From assembly GCA_950097015.1 (NCBI GenBank), contig CATNEN010000002.1, forward strand, positions 4,154,001 through 4,218,000: DNA of 64,000 nucleotides, in the 5' to 3' direction. Below, piece by piece: positions 1-12,366 of this stretch. The notes under the pieces were generated by a model. The model was not told where the DNA came from, searched no databases, and saw only the letters and a program-made list of their open reading frames with translations. Both the position numbers and the translations under genes were made by a program. The number at the start of each line of letters is the position of its first letter. Within the stretch, counting starts at the first letter, position 1. The stretch is from Macrostomum hystrix. Lineage: Eukaryota > Animalia > Platyhelminthes.

Positions 1-117
1 GAGATTGAAGTAATAATCCTGGAATCTGGGAGAATAGATATAGATATTGGGCAGATAATTTAAGCTTGTCTCTCACCTCCTCATTGGGCCTATTCTGCTC
101 AAGATCCCTCTCGCCAG

Positions 118-243
118 ACGAGCTGCCAGTCAAGATCCTGTCATCACCGTCATCAGCCAGCAGCCGATGATCAACAAGATCAGCAGAGCCAAGAGAAGCA
201 GCTGTTACACAAGCAAACAGCCCAGATGCCCCTAGAATCATAG
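118..243 (+). CDS. Possible terminal coding exon of a gene lying upstream of the window (Gln/His-rich, TSCQSRSCHHRHQPAADDQQDQQSQEKQLLHKQTAQMPLES*)
   Basis: Acceptor-like ctctcgccag ending at 117, open frame to TAG at 241-243, coding-like composition; no recognisable homology. Confidence 0.2.
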   Translation, partial: TSCQSRSCHHRHQPAADDQQDQQSQEKQLLHKQTAQMPLES

Positions 244-954
244 CCAATAGACTCAACGGACTCATGCCGGTGTGTTAGTACTTTGAGCAGGCAGTTCTCT
301 ACGCAGCGAGAAATATATATTTTACAATTCAGTCATCGACAGGCCATATTTATAGGGATAATTCTAGTGTGCCATCGCAATAACAGGTGCGGATGCTTTC
401 AAGAAATGGAAATTCACACATCTTGAATGCTAGCAGTTTTGAGTAGAATAGTTTCACAATGGCCAGTTGAATAATTGAGCGCCTGACACTAATTACAGGT
501 TGCACTGTTGCATATACGATAACTAGTTAGGCCTGAAATACCTACAACACTCGAGACCAATGCCAGCTGGATGTCAATAATTTAAACAAAACAAAACAGA
601 TAAAATCCGGGTGTTAGAGTTTCAAATAAGTTATCAAACACGTGCTTTTTTCTCATCCACTCATCCATCAAATTTCAATTTCATTAGATTTAATATGAAA
701 TATTTAAGCAGCTCTTATAATTATCCGTAATAATTAGAATGGCAAACAAAACATTGAACAGCGCAACAGAAGATAAACAGGCGGACACAGTGTTAGGAAA
801 AGCAAATAAATTGTCAAATGTCAATTAAGATATCTAGAGCAAAAGTAAACAAGGTAAAACATTTTGCATTCTGTAGATAATTAAAATAGCTGGGTTAAAG
901 TAGTTCAGCCCTAATCACTACACCATCTCAAATAATCTCAGATCCAAGCCTTGA

Positions 955-1575
955 AGAATTTGAGATCCCCATCTCAAAGGATCGAAGATCCCATCTCAAA
1001 GTATCTGAGATCCCCATCTCAAAGGATCGAAGATCCCATCTCAAAGGATCTAAGATCCCCATCTCAAAGGATCTGAGAATCCCATCTGAAAGGATCTGAG
1101 ATCCCGATCTTAAAGGATCTGAAATCCCCATCTCAAAGGATCTGAGAATCTCATCTCAAAGGATCTGAAATCCCCATCTCAAAGGATCTGAGAATCTCAT
1201 CTCAAAGGATCTGAAATCCCCATCTCAAAGGATCTGAAATCCCCATCTCAAAGGATCTGAGAATCTCATCTCAAAGGATCTGAGAATACCATCTCAAAGA
1301 ATCTGAGAATCCCATCTCAAAGGATCTGAGAATACCATCTCAAAGAATCTGAGAATCCCATCTTAAAGGATCTGAGAATCCCATCTGAAAGGATCTGAGA
1401 ATCCCATCTGAAAGGACCTGAGAATCCCATCTGAAAGGATCTGAGATCCCATCTCAAAGGATCTGAGATCCCAATCTCAAAGGATCTGAGATCCCTATCT
1501 TAAAGGATCTGAGATCCCATCTCAAACGATCTAAGATCCCCATCTCAAGGGATCTGAGATCCTATCTCAATCGAT
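955..1575. repeat. Tandem minisatellite, 22-23 bp unit (GAGATCCCATCTCAAAGGATCT)
   Basis: Direct inspection; about 28 diverged copies. Confidence 0.95.
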
Positions 1576-1984
1576 CCTAGATCCCAACCTTCGATACTGT
1601 GGGATTTCTTTAAACTAGCTGGGAGCCGAAAGAAAACATAAACATAAAGGCAAAAATATTCAGAAAACGTGAATAAAATAGCAGAACAGAAGAAAAGAAA
1701 CGAGGTCCCAAGAAGCTTCACTGTGTTACTCACAGTAGCAAATGATACATTTTCAGAAATGTCTCGGCGCAGACAAATAAACTGCCATGGGATTGATTTG
1801 GACAAGCAAAGTAACGGCAGTTAGCAGTAGGCAGGACAGACAGAAACAAACCAAATACAATTACAACAGCTAATAAAATATATGAAGAGCTGCTTTCGCA
1901 AATTTCCATAATAGAAATTTATGATTGCTCAAAACGTGCTAGAATAAATCGGCCAAATTTTTTAGTTCTTAAAATCCACTAAGT

Positions 1985-4900
1985 TCAATAGTTGAACTTG
2001 AGCTTTCTCGGCGTCATGAACTGCTTGACAACATCATCTGTAACCTGCTTCCGCTTCTCCTGGTGATTCTTGAGGAAAGCCTGCAGCAATTCTATGAGCT
2101 CCTTCTTCAGGTAGCCCGTGAGCAACTCGCCGCTGCTGTAGTCCTGCAAAAGTTCAGAGAACACAGGAAAAGTTAGGAAAATCCCAATCAGACATAGATG
2201 ACACATTTTACAAAACGATTCTTATACGGATAAACAATCCCAAAGGGGGATCCCAAAGGGGGATCCCAAAAGGGAATCCCAAAGGGGATCCCAAAGGGGA
2301 ATCCCAAAGGGGAATCCCAAAGGGGAATCCCAAAGGGGAATCCCAAAGGGTAATCCCAAAGGGAAATCCTAAAGGGGAATCCCGAGGTAAATCCGAAAGG
2401 AAATGTAACTAAATGAGCGTATATAACGGAACGGAAATCCCAGAGGGAATCGATCTGAATGTACGAGAGGAAAATCCAACGAAAAAGGCAGAGCTAAAAA
2501 TCCACATTACCTGTCGAATCTTTTCCAATCTGGCATCATCCTCCAAGAAGAATCTCAGATACTGATAGCTGACATCCACATTGCAATTTCCGCCGTTCTT
2601 CTTGTGCTCCTCTACTGTGGCTCCGCCGCCGCTGAACGCGTATTTGTTAACCTTGTCCTTCACAGCCTTCGGCGTGTCGGTTAAAAAGATTGACGAATTG
2701 GGATCAGATGCAGACATCTTAGTCTGGCAGCCCTGCAGAGCCGGGAAGAAGGTGCTGTGCAGCAGGGCGGGTTTGGGACAGCCGATCCGGGGCGCCACAT
2801 CCCGGGTCATGCGGAAGTAGGGATCCTGGTCGATGGCGCACGGGATCAGGCAGGGAATGTCGGCCCGATTGTTGAAAATCTGAGGAAAACTGGAAGAGAA
2901 CGATGGCGCGGCCTGAATGGCGGGGAAAGAGATTTTGCCGATGCAGTCGCTCTCCGTGAAGCCGAAGATGCCCTTGGCCTGGTTGAAGGTGACGGCCTTC
3001 TGCACGCGGCACATGTTGCGATAGAACTCCGGCGACGCTCCGATGTAATCCAGATCGGAGAAAATAAAAGTGCGCTCGGGATCAAATCCCATGGCAATGA
3101 TGTCTCTGAAAGAGGGGGTGATAGGGGAGTTAACGGTCTAACACGTTTGCTTCTAGCAACAATGCCCGTGAGCTTGATTTCAAGGTGAGGCCACATTGAT
3201 TTCTGGAGCAGCCGCGGAGACAAAAACTGGTGGCAATTATTAATTGCAGGACCTTGGCACGAGAGGCAAGCGCGTTGACCGCTCTGCCACCGACCCCCAA
3301 ACCTGGTGACTTGTCGTGAAATTTAAGCCCTTGAGGGCCAACCTCCAAGACACAGTATGAGTGTACACTGCCTGAGGATGAGAAAATCAGTACAGATGTA
3401 CACACCTGCGTGATTGTGTGCTCAGGAGTCAGCGGAATGGGCCGAATCGCCTGGCTGGCTGCGGGTCTAGTGTCGCCAAACAATGCGCACAGTACCCCAC
3501 AGCCACACGTGAGGATGAAGACTGCAAATTGATGGTAAGAGACACAGCATACTCAGCCGTTATTGCACTACAAAGAGTAGAAACGGCATTCACTTGGCAT
3601 TCTCAACAGTGTAGCTCCTGGCAGTCTCCAAGCTGATGTCTTTCCACAGGAATTTCTCATCGTCGGTCATCTGAATGACCAGCGGCACGTCGAATGCCTC
3701 CTGCAGCCATTTGGTGAAGAGAAATGGCACCACGTGACCCATGTGCATGGCCTGGGAGGAAGGACCGCGTCCAGTGTAGAGAAAGAAAGGCTTGCCCTGG
3801 CTGTGCAGAGCTAGGATCTGGTCCATATCGCGATGGGAGAATACAATGCCACGGCGCAGGAGAAAGTGGGCCGGTTGGCCGAGGGCAGATTCAAATTTTC
3901 CTAGCAAAGCCGCATCCACAGGACTGCTGCCGAATCGTTCTATAATTAAAACAAAAAACCTAAGAAAAATGTAAGGAATAACACTGGAAGAACCAGAAGC
4001 TAAAAACTTGGATTTAATTACAAAAACCTAGATTAAGTCTGTAACTTAAAAGGCTTGGAAGCTTGTCATGCACAGTGAAAATGTAAACTGCCTGAAGATG
4101 AGAAAGTCAGGGCAGATAAACACACCTGTGTGAGCAAATGCCTGCGTATGGTATCTCTGTGCATGTGTGCTCAGGTGTCAGCGGAATGGGCAGAATAACC
4201 TCACTTTGGGTCTAGTGTCATTAAAGGATGTGAGGTGATTAAATGCTTGCTATCCGCCCTTTAGCTCAGTCAGTAAGGTGTCGGACTCTAGATCGGATGG
4301 TCCTGGGTTCGACTCCAGACCTAGTCTAGAACTATTCGTGTAGCCCTTGGCAAGCTGCTTTGCCCTGATGTGCACACAGTCTACTCAGCTGCAAATGAGT
4401 ACCGACATTTTGTTGGGTAATAATAATTCCGGCTGGCGTGGAATAAAGCAGTTCTGTGCAGCAAATCTGTGGGGTTTGCATGCTGCCGATATGTTTGGAA
4501 AAATAAATTCCAAATTATTTCTAATATACTAAAAATGAAATGCTTGGTTGGTTGCTTGTAATTGATTTTCTCCCGAACGGCTCAACCGATTTTCACCATT
4601 TCTTCACCAAAAGATGCTAAATATGGGGACAATTATACACGTATTTTTATTAAGCTTAACTTTATTGCTAAGGGGATTAAATATTCGAAAAACATGTTTT
4701 TTGACCATTTCAAAGGTCAAACTATCTTGGCCTATTGAGAATTTCATTCACTGACTGCCACTGAGTTAGAATTGCATCATCAACTTGCACAACACCCACT
4801 AGCTGACTGAGTTAAAAGCCTGCACTCTGGAGACAAATTGGAAATAAATGTACACAACAAACCGCGAGACTGAGTGTACTCTATTTTCTTACTTCATTGT

Positions 4901-7900
4901 ACAAAGCCAGAACTTTAAGAATTCATTTTATAAGGCTGATTTTTGCACCCACTAACCAACAGTCGGAATAGCCGATAGCCGATGTGTAGGCACTAGGAAT
5001 AGTTTAGGCTAGGCTAGGGTTCGATTCTGCACTGCGTCAAATAATTTAGACTAATTTTCAGCCAGTAGTGACTGAAGATTATTTAAATTTATTTTTTTCA
5101 TTTCGTAAATAAAATATCATCTTTCAAAGCAAACCAGAGTTTAAATCATGGCAAAAGCAGAGTTTGAATCATGGCTAAACCAGAGTTTGAATCATGGCTA
5201 AACCAGAGTTTGAATCATGGCTAACCCAGCGTTTGAATCATGGCTAAACCAGCGTTTGAATCATGGCTAAACCAGAGTTTGAATCATGGCTAAACCACAG
5301 TCTGAATCATGGCTAAACCAGAGTTTGGATCATGGCTAAACCAGAGTTTGAATCGTGGCTAAACCAGAGTTTGAATCATGGCAAAACCAGAGTTTGAATC
5401 ATGGCAAAACCAGCGTTTGAATCATGGCTAAACCAGAGTTTAAATCATGGCTAAACCAGAGCTTGAATCATGGCTAAACTAGAGTTTGAATCATGGCTAA
5501 ACCAGAGCTTGAATCATGGCACACCAGAGTTTGAATCATGGTTAAACCACAGTCTGAATCATGGCTAAACCAGAGTTTGGATCATGGCTAAACCAGAGTT
5601 TGAATCGTGGCTAAACCAGAGTTTGAATCATGGCAAAACCAGAGTTTGAATCATGGCAAAACCAGCGTTTGAATCATGGCTAAACCAGAGTTTAAATCAT
5701 GGCTAAACTAGAGTTTGAATCATGGCTAAACCAGAGCTTGAATCATGGCACACCAGAGTTTGAATCATGGTTAAACCAGAGTCTGAATCATGGCTAAACC
5801 AGAGTTTGAATCATTGCTAAACCAGAGTTTGAATCATAGCTAACCAGAGTTTGAATCATGGCTAAACCAGAGTTTGAATCATGGCTAAACCAGAGTTTGA
5901 ATCATGGCTAAACCAGAGCTTGAATCATGGCTAAACCAGAGCTTGAATCATGGCTAAACCAGAGTTTGAATCATGGCTAAACCAGCGTTAGAATCATGGC
6001 TAAACCAGCGTTAGAATCATGGCTAAACCAGAGTTTGAATCATGGCTAAACCAGAGTTTGAATCATGGCTAAACCAGAGTTTGAATCATGGCTAAACTAG
6101 AGTTTGAATCATGGCTAAACCAGAGCTTGAATCATGGCTAAACCAGAGCTTGAATCATGGCTAAACCAGAGCTTAAATCATGGCTAAACCAGAGTATGAA
6201 TCATGGCTAAACCAGAGTTTAAATCATGGCTAAACCAGAGTTTGAATCATGGCTAAAGCAGAGCTTGAATCATGGCTAAACCAGAGTTTGAATCATAGTC
6301 AACCGGAGTCTAAATCATAGTCAACCGGAGTCTGAATCATGGCTAACCAGAGTTTCAATCATGGCTAAACCAGCGTTAGAATCATGGCTAAACCAGAGTT
6401 TGAATCATGGCTAAACCAGAGTTTGAATCATGGCTAAACCAGAGCTTGAATCATGGCTAAACCAGAGCTTAAATCATGGCTAAACCAGAGTTTGAATCAT
6501 GGCTAAACCAGCGTTAGAATCATGGCTAAACCAGCGTTAGAATCATGGCTAAACCAGAGCTTGAATCATGGCTAAACCAGAGCTTAAATCATGGCTAAAC
6601 CAGAGTTGGAATCATGGCTAAACCAGCGTTTGAATCATGGCTAACCCAGAGTTTGAAGGATGATTCAAAATCATTGCTAAACCAAGGTTTGAATCATGGC
6701 TAAACCAACGTTTGAATCATGGCTAACCCAGAGTCTGAATCATGGCTAAATTTAAATCAAGGCGAATCCAGAGTTTAAATCATAGCTAACCAGAGTTTGA
6801 ATCATGGCTAAACCAGAGTTTGAATCATGGCTAAACCAGAGTTTGAATCATGGCAAAACCAGAGTTTAAATCAAGGCGAAACCAGAGTTTGAATCATAGC
6901 TAACCAGAGTTTGAATCATGGCTAAACCAGCGTCTGAATCATGGCTACACCAGAGTTTAAATCATGGCTAAACCAGCGTCTGAATCATGGCTACACCAGA
7001 GTTTAAATCATGGCTAAAACAGAGTTTGAATCATGGCTAAAGCAGACTTTGAATCATCACAGCGTCTGAATCATGGCTAAACTAAAGTTAAAATCATGGC
7101 TAAACCAGAGTTTGAATCATGGCTAAACCAAGGTTTGAATCATGGCTAAACCAACGTTTGAATCATGGCTAAACCAGAGTCTGAATCATGGCTAAATTTA
7201 AATCAAGGTGAATCCAGAGTTTGAATCATAGCTAACCAGAGTTTGAATCATGGCTAAACCAGAGTTTGAATCATGGCTAAACTAGAGTCTGAATCATGGC
7301 TAAACTAGAGTCTGAATCATGGCTAAACCAGAGTTTGAATCATTGCAAAAACAGCGTTTGAATCATGGCTAAACCAGAGTTTGAATCATGGCCAAACCAC
7401 GGTTTGAATCATAGTCAACCAGAGTCTGAATCATGGTAAAACGAGAGTTTGAATCATAGCCCAGCAGGGTTTAAAACATGGCGAAACCTGAGTTTGAATC
7501 TTGGCTAACCCAGTGTTTGAAAAACAACGTCAACTGTGGAGTCATCCTCAAAATGGGGATCAAGGTAAACTGGGGGATAATCATCAACTGGAGGATCTTG
7601 GTAAACTGGGGGGATAATTGTCAACTGGGGGATCATTGTCAACTGGGGGATCATTGTGAACTGAGGGATCATTGTCAACTAGGGGGTATTGGTCAACTGG
7701 GGGATAATTGTCAACTGGGGAATCATCATCAAATGGGGGATCATGGTCAACTTGGGGATCATTGTCAACTGGGTGATCATCATCAACTGGGGATCATCAT
7801 CAACTGGGGGATCATCATCAACTGGGGGATCATTGTGAACTGGGGGATCTTTGTCAACTGTGGGATCATTGTCAACTGGGGGATCATTGTCAACTGGGGG

Positions 7901-8846
7901 ATCGTTGTCAACTGGGGGTTCATTGTCAACTGGGGGATCATTGTCAACTGGGGGATCATTGTCAACTGGGGGATCATTGTCAACTGGGGGATCATTGTCA
8001 ACTGGGGGTTCATTGTGAACTGGGGGATTTTTGTCAACTGGGGGATCATTGTCAACTGTGGGATCATTGTCAACTGGGGGATCATTGTCAACTGGGGGAT
8101 CATTGTCAACTGGGGTTCATTGTCAACTGGGGGTTCATTGTCAACTGGGGGTACATTGTGAACTGGGGGTTCATTGTGAACTGGGGGATCTTTGTCAACT
8201 GGGGGGATCATTGTCAACTGTGGGATCATTTTCAACTGGGGGATCATTGTCAACTGGGGGATCATTGTCAACTGGGGGTTCATTGTCAACTGGGGGTTCA
8301 TTGTCAACTGGGGGATCATTGTCAACTGGGGGATCATTGTCAACTGGGGGATCATCGTCAACTAGGGGATCATCATTAACTGGGGGATCATTGTCAACTG
8401 GGCGTTCATTGTAGCTTTAAAAAGCTGTAAATTCAGCTGCTAAAAAGTATATACTAGACGAATTAAAAGTATTTCTGCTCCCCGAAGGGGGGCAAAACTT
8501 GCTAGTTTATATTCTAAATATAATAGTATTCTAAATAATATTCTAAATTTTTATAATATTCTAATATATTATATTATATATAGGGTTTGGTGGCATCTGC
8601 AAGCATTTCAAAGCAGCTTGTAGAAACTTTTATGACATTTAGGAAACAAAAAAGTTTATACAAATGTAGCAGCATTAAGCAAGAGACAACAATAAATAAA
8701 AGCTTACTGATAAGCTTATCATAGTCAACACCAGTGGCTGAAGAGGTGCGCACCTCCCATGGATTGACCTGATCCTCATCATCATTAGCAGCAGCAGGGT
8801 TGTCACCGGTGATATTTAAGTTAGCCATTCCTGCTGTTTCTGCCAT
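1985..8846 (-). CDS. WARS1: Tryptophanyl-tRNA synthetase, cytoplasmic; 4 coding exons: 8846-8708, 3939-3594, 3105-2511, 2143-1985 (1239 nt, 412 aa)
   Basis: GT-AG junctions with matching phases join [24 protein letters not shown] and [15 protein letters not shown]; class I motifs HMGH and KMSAS, plus YTGRGPSS and AIDQDPYFR typical of eukaryotic TrpRS; no WHEP domain. Confidence 0.96.
2238..2402. repeat. 12-13 bp tandem repeat (ATCCCAAAGGGGA) in last WARS intron
   Basis: Direct inspection. Confidence 0.9.
3249..3500 (+). mobile_element. tRNA-derived SINE family A copy with inverted 5' head (WARS intron 2)
   Basis: Body matches the copy at 18872-19219 (cccttgagggccaacctccaag...gatgagaaa...ggtctagtgtc); 3249-3298 is the reverse complement of that copy's head. 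Confidence 0.8.
4072..4232 (+). mobile_element. SINE family A, 5'-truncated copy
   Basis: gatgagaaagtcagggcagat...gtcagcggaatgggcagaat...gggtctagtgtca shared with the other copies. Confidence 0.8.
4255..4420 (+). mobile_element. tRNA-headed CORE-like SINE (family B); head resembles tRNA-Trp with a CTA anticodon
   Basis: A box TAGCTCAGT, B box GGTTCGACTCC, anticodon arm TCGGA-CTCTAGA-TCGGA, then a CORE-like body (cccttggcaag...cagtctactcagctgcaaatgagtacc). Confidence 0.65.
4520..4620 (+). mobile_element. Possible 5' end of a non-autonomous Helitron/DINE-1-like element
   Basis: tctaatatact start, short (ggtt)2 and aacggctcaaccgatttt motif recalled from Lep1/DINE-1-type elements; no 3' hairpin identified. 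Confidence 0.3.
5140..7510. repeat. Tandem minisatellite, 23 bp unit (AATCATGGCTAAACCAGAGTTTG), about 100 copies, WARS intron 1
   Basis: Direct inspection; internal block duplication near 6677 and 7123. Confidence 0.97.
7525..8410. repeat. Tandem minisatellite, 18 bp unit (GGGGATCATTGTCAACTG), WARS intron 1
   Basis: Direct inspection; explains the 6-aa periodic ORFs. Confidence 0.96.
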
Positions 8847-11800
8847 CTGGAAGATTGAAATTGTTGTACCTTAAATTATAGACCAAAATGCACCATTTTA
8901 ACAATTAAAACATTATAGGAATTACCTAATAATCTGACTTGAATGATTAAAATTATGTTTTATGCATTTTTCTATTTTTTAAAACAAAACTTTGTGTTAG
9001 GCCTATTACTAAGACATAATAAAATATGGCAAAATCAATAAAATATATAAATATATCTGGCTAGCTTATCAAAAATCTAAGATTATACTTTGTAAGTCAT
9101 GAGTCCAGATCAATTAATTCACACCAGAACTATCTGGCATGCATTTGGATTTGGCCAAAAAGTTAGTGTGTTTGGTATAACATTGTGTAGGTATAGGGGG
9201 GCCTACAGTATCATGAGTCTGCAAAGTTTAGTTATCTTCTAAAGCAATATAAAAAAATGACCTGTTCACTTTTATTAATTTCATCCTTATCTTATGACTT
9301 TACTTAATGTCATCAGTAAAGTGGTTGACAATCACAAAGTAGGCCTGTCATGCTGCCTATTATAGTATAGGCTGTGGCAATATGCCATATAGGCCAGAAC
9401 CCATAATTAGGTTACTGGCTGCTTCGAATGTGACTTAGGTTTTATTACAATATTCTAAGCTGACACAAAATTTTCTCTAGTTAGGCCTAGCCACCTAGCT
9501 AGGTAGTTTTTTAAAAAAGTCAACAAGTTTAAATAGTTTGATGTCCTAGTTATTTATAAAACATCAACAACAGTTGCATGAATTCAAAACTAATTGACAT
9601 TTTCCTATAAGTAACAAAGACGTAACACATATAAAAAATAAACCATTGTTAAATAAATAAAGAATAACTATGTCTATGTACAAATGCACTTAAAATTTGA
9701 AAAGTAGGCCAGAATCTCTTCTTGGGATAGTAGTTTATCAATACCAGACTCTTGTCTATTTGTTGAACTCATTACTGTTTCTATTCCTATCTACTAAAAA
9801 GTTATAATTTAACAATCTACAAGCTCAATACTTTCATGCTTTGCAAGTTATGATTACTAACTTTAAAAATTATAGTGCAAATGCTGACGAAACGTGAGAT
9901 TCGATAGGAAACAATGAGGAATCTGTCCTTGATGATTGTAAACATAAATCAAAGACTAAAGTTAAAAATAACAAACCTGATTATTGTGTTAAACTGTTTC
10001 TTAGTTTCGAACAAAAAATGATTTAATAATTACAACTTTTTTTAAAACAATTGCTTGTCGTTATTTCTAAAAACACCGCACAATAATTTTTTGTGAGGCA
10101 AGGAAAGGAACGAAAACTAGCATGCATTAAACTTGGTTACTTGTGACTGCTTAATGGCAAAAACGACAAAAAATTACAACAAAATAGTTATGTTAGGGTT
10201 AGGTTAACATCTCTTAATGTAAAGATCTTTTTTGCGCTAAAAATGCTAATATGCGAATATGCGCTAAATTAGGAACTAGTAAATTAAATGAACTGCATTT
10301 GCAATGGCGTTTCTTGTGGTTTGGCTCTATAGGATATAAGTCACAAAACCAGCCCTGAAGCTTTGTTTCTGCAACTGCGCTAAGAATACCGTGTTAATGA
10401 GATTAAACCTGACATTATAAGAGGCATATAGCGTGTTTTTATACAACTTTATAACCAATATGAAGTGACCTGCCGTTTAGAGCACGAGCTAGAAAAACCG
10501 CGGAAAAATCAAGAAATCCTAGCGCAAAAGTTCTCATTTCATCGTGTAAGCTAAATAAGTGAGCAGCTCTGGCTGGCTGTGCTAAAAAAACTACTGCATG
10601 CCTCGGAATTCTCGATTATTCATGCATGTATTATATCTATTATAACTTTTTAAGTACTACCGTTTTTTTCAAAACGGGCCGACTACTCTGCATGTGGACA
10701 GTTCAATTGTCTCTCATTGACAGCTGCGGGTACCGAAAAGCTGTTAGAAACAGCTGACCTGCATCCTCGTGTTTTCGCAAGAGTCATGATATTGATGCTC
10801 GACATGATGTAATCATGGGTCCACACAAACTGCCAGCCGACAACTGCAAGTCGACAGCAATTTCTGACCATGTGCTCTTTACTTATATTTACCCCCGAAT
10901 GTAAAAAACGCTTGCGCGAAAACACAAGTACAATATCTTGCATGTTATACTACAGTGTGCAGTTAGAAATCATTTCTAACCCGAATGTTTTTTATAATGC
11001 ATTCCGCTTAAAATATATTACCGTATAATTTTTTACAACTATAATAGTAGCTAAATTGTTCGACAAAAAATGGCGATTTGATTATCTTTTTTAAAAAAAG
11101 ACAGAAAATTGAAATATTCAAAGCGAAAAAATAAAAGCATTGAGACTTCAAACAGTTTTTAAAACATTATTCTAAATTCTAAAACTGTGCTAAAAGACAA
11201 GCTATTTTATTGTTATTAAAAATATACCTAATTGCATAGTATATTAAATATTATACATTTTAAATATTTATGGTCTTATGCTGGGTATTTATAGGTAAGT
11301 GCGTGACGAAGCTTAAAGCCATTTTCATGGTGCTGTTCCAGCCGGTCGCATAAAAATCCGGACCGGTGAAAATATGGCAGCCATTCAGCAGGCTGAAGAA
11401 TCCAAAGCAGGCCGAATTGAAGCTGCACAGGTAAGCGCAGTGCCTCTCAGGGCCGATATCTGAGTCAATGATCACTGACTGCGGAGCACTCAAAGCTGGC
11501 GTTCCGGCCGACGACGAAGCCACTAAGCGACGTCCACGTGCGCTGCGGCTGCGCATAAAATGATGCTCAGGAGAATCCGCGATGCCAGTTGCTGGCCCAT
11601 TGCAAATGGAAACAGGAGTGCCTAGCAGGTTTATGACGGTTTGCTCTATGACGGAAGTAATTGGGTTTTGAATATTGTTTTTGGTATAAATACCTGACAC
11701 CAAACGGCAGGGCAATCGCGGTTCTATCAATACTTTTTTTAACGTGGCAATTAAAACTTGTTATCCTCATATGGCATCCAATTTAACTGCGTTCTACCTT

Positions 11801-12366
11801 TAGAAACCTTCCACACAGGCAACACAGCCAACTCCACTTGAGCAGATCCCCGACGCATGATTGAGTTTGACAACTGCACAACAGTCCGGCGTCTATTGGT
11901 CACATAAACAGGCATTTTTAGGCCGTTTAGCGTCATTAGCGTGGCCCGATTTTGCTGCTTGAGTTAGTGATTTGGTGTGGGTAGAGTTGGTGAGTGGGTG
12001 TGGGTAGAGTTGGTGACCCACTGCTCAAGACTGCTCAATTGATTGTCATATCATGGGAGATTCTGGAAATAGAGGTAAAGCGACAATTAGGGCTATTTTG
12101 GGAATTAAAAAATGAAGCAGTCAAATTTACAAGTCCACTTTAATCAGCTAGAACTGAGTCAGCTAAAATTTAATTTCATCTATTCATCAAGTTCATCAAG
12201 TACGAGCTAGAACCATAGACATTCATGAGCTTGTACAGAAAATCTTCACAGCGACATTTTTACTTCTCTAGTTTTTAAAAGAACTTCGTGTAGCAAAGTA
12301 CCACGTTGTAGACTTTATGGTCTTGAACCACGCGAAAATAGCATCGAATATTTTTTGCCAGGCTGA

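Noticed and set aside
4255-4326. Functional amber-suppressor tRNA
   Set aside because: Acceptor and D stems do not pair, the T stem has a deletion, and a SINE body follows
7478-8414. Repeat-protein-like ORFs (GIIVNW, QLGDHC, LSTGGS)
   Set aside because: Intronic 18-bp minisatellite within WARS intron 1
10680-11940. Possible decayed hAT transposase (ATGWNSTM resembles TRWNST; SVPA..NER)
   Set aside because: Only short motif resemblances, with no continuous frame or TIR; would need a translated HMM search
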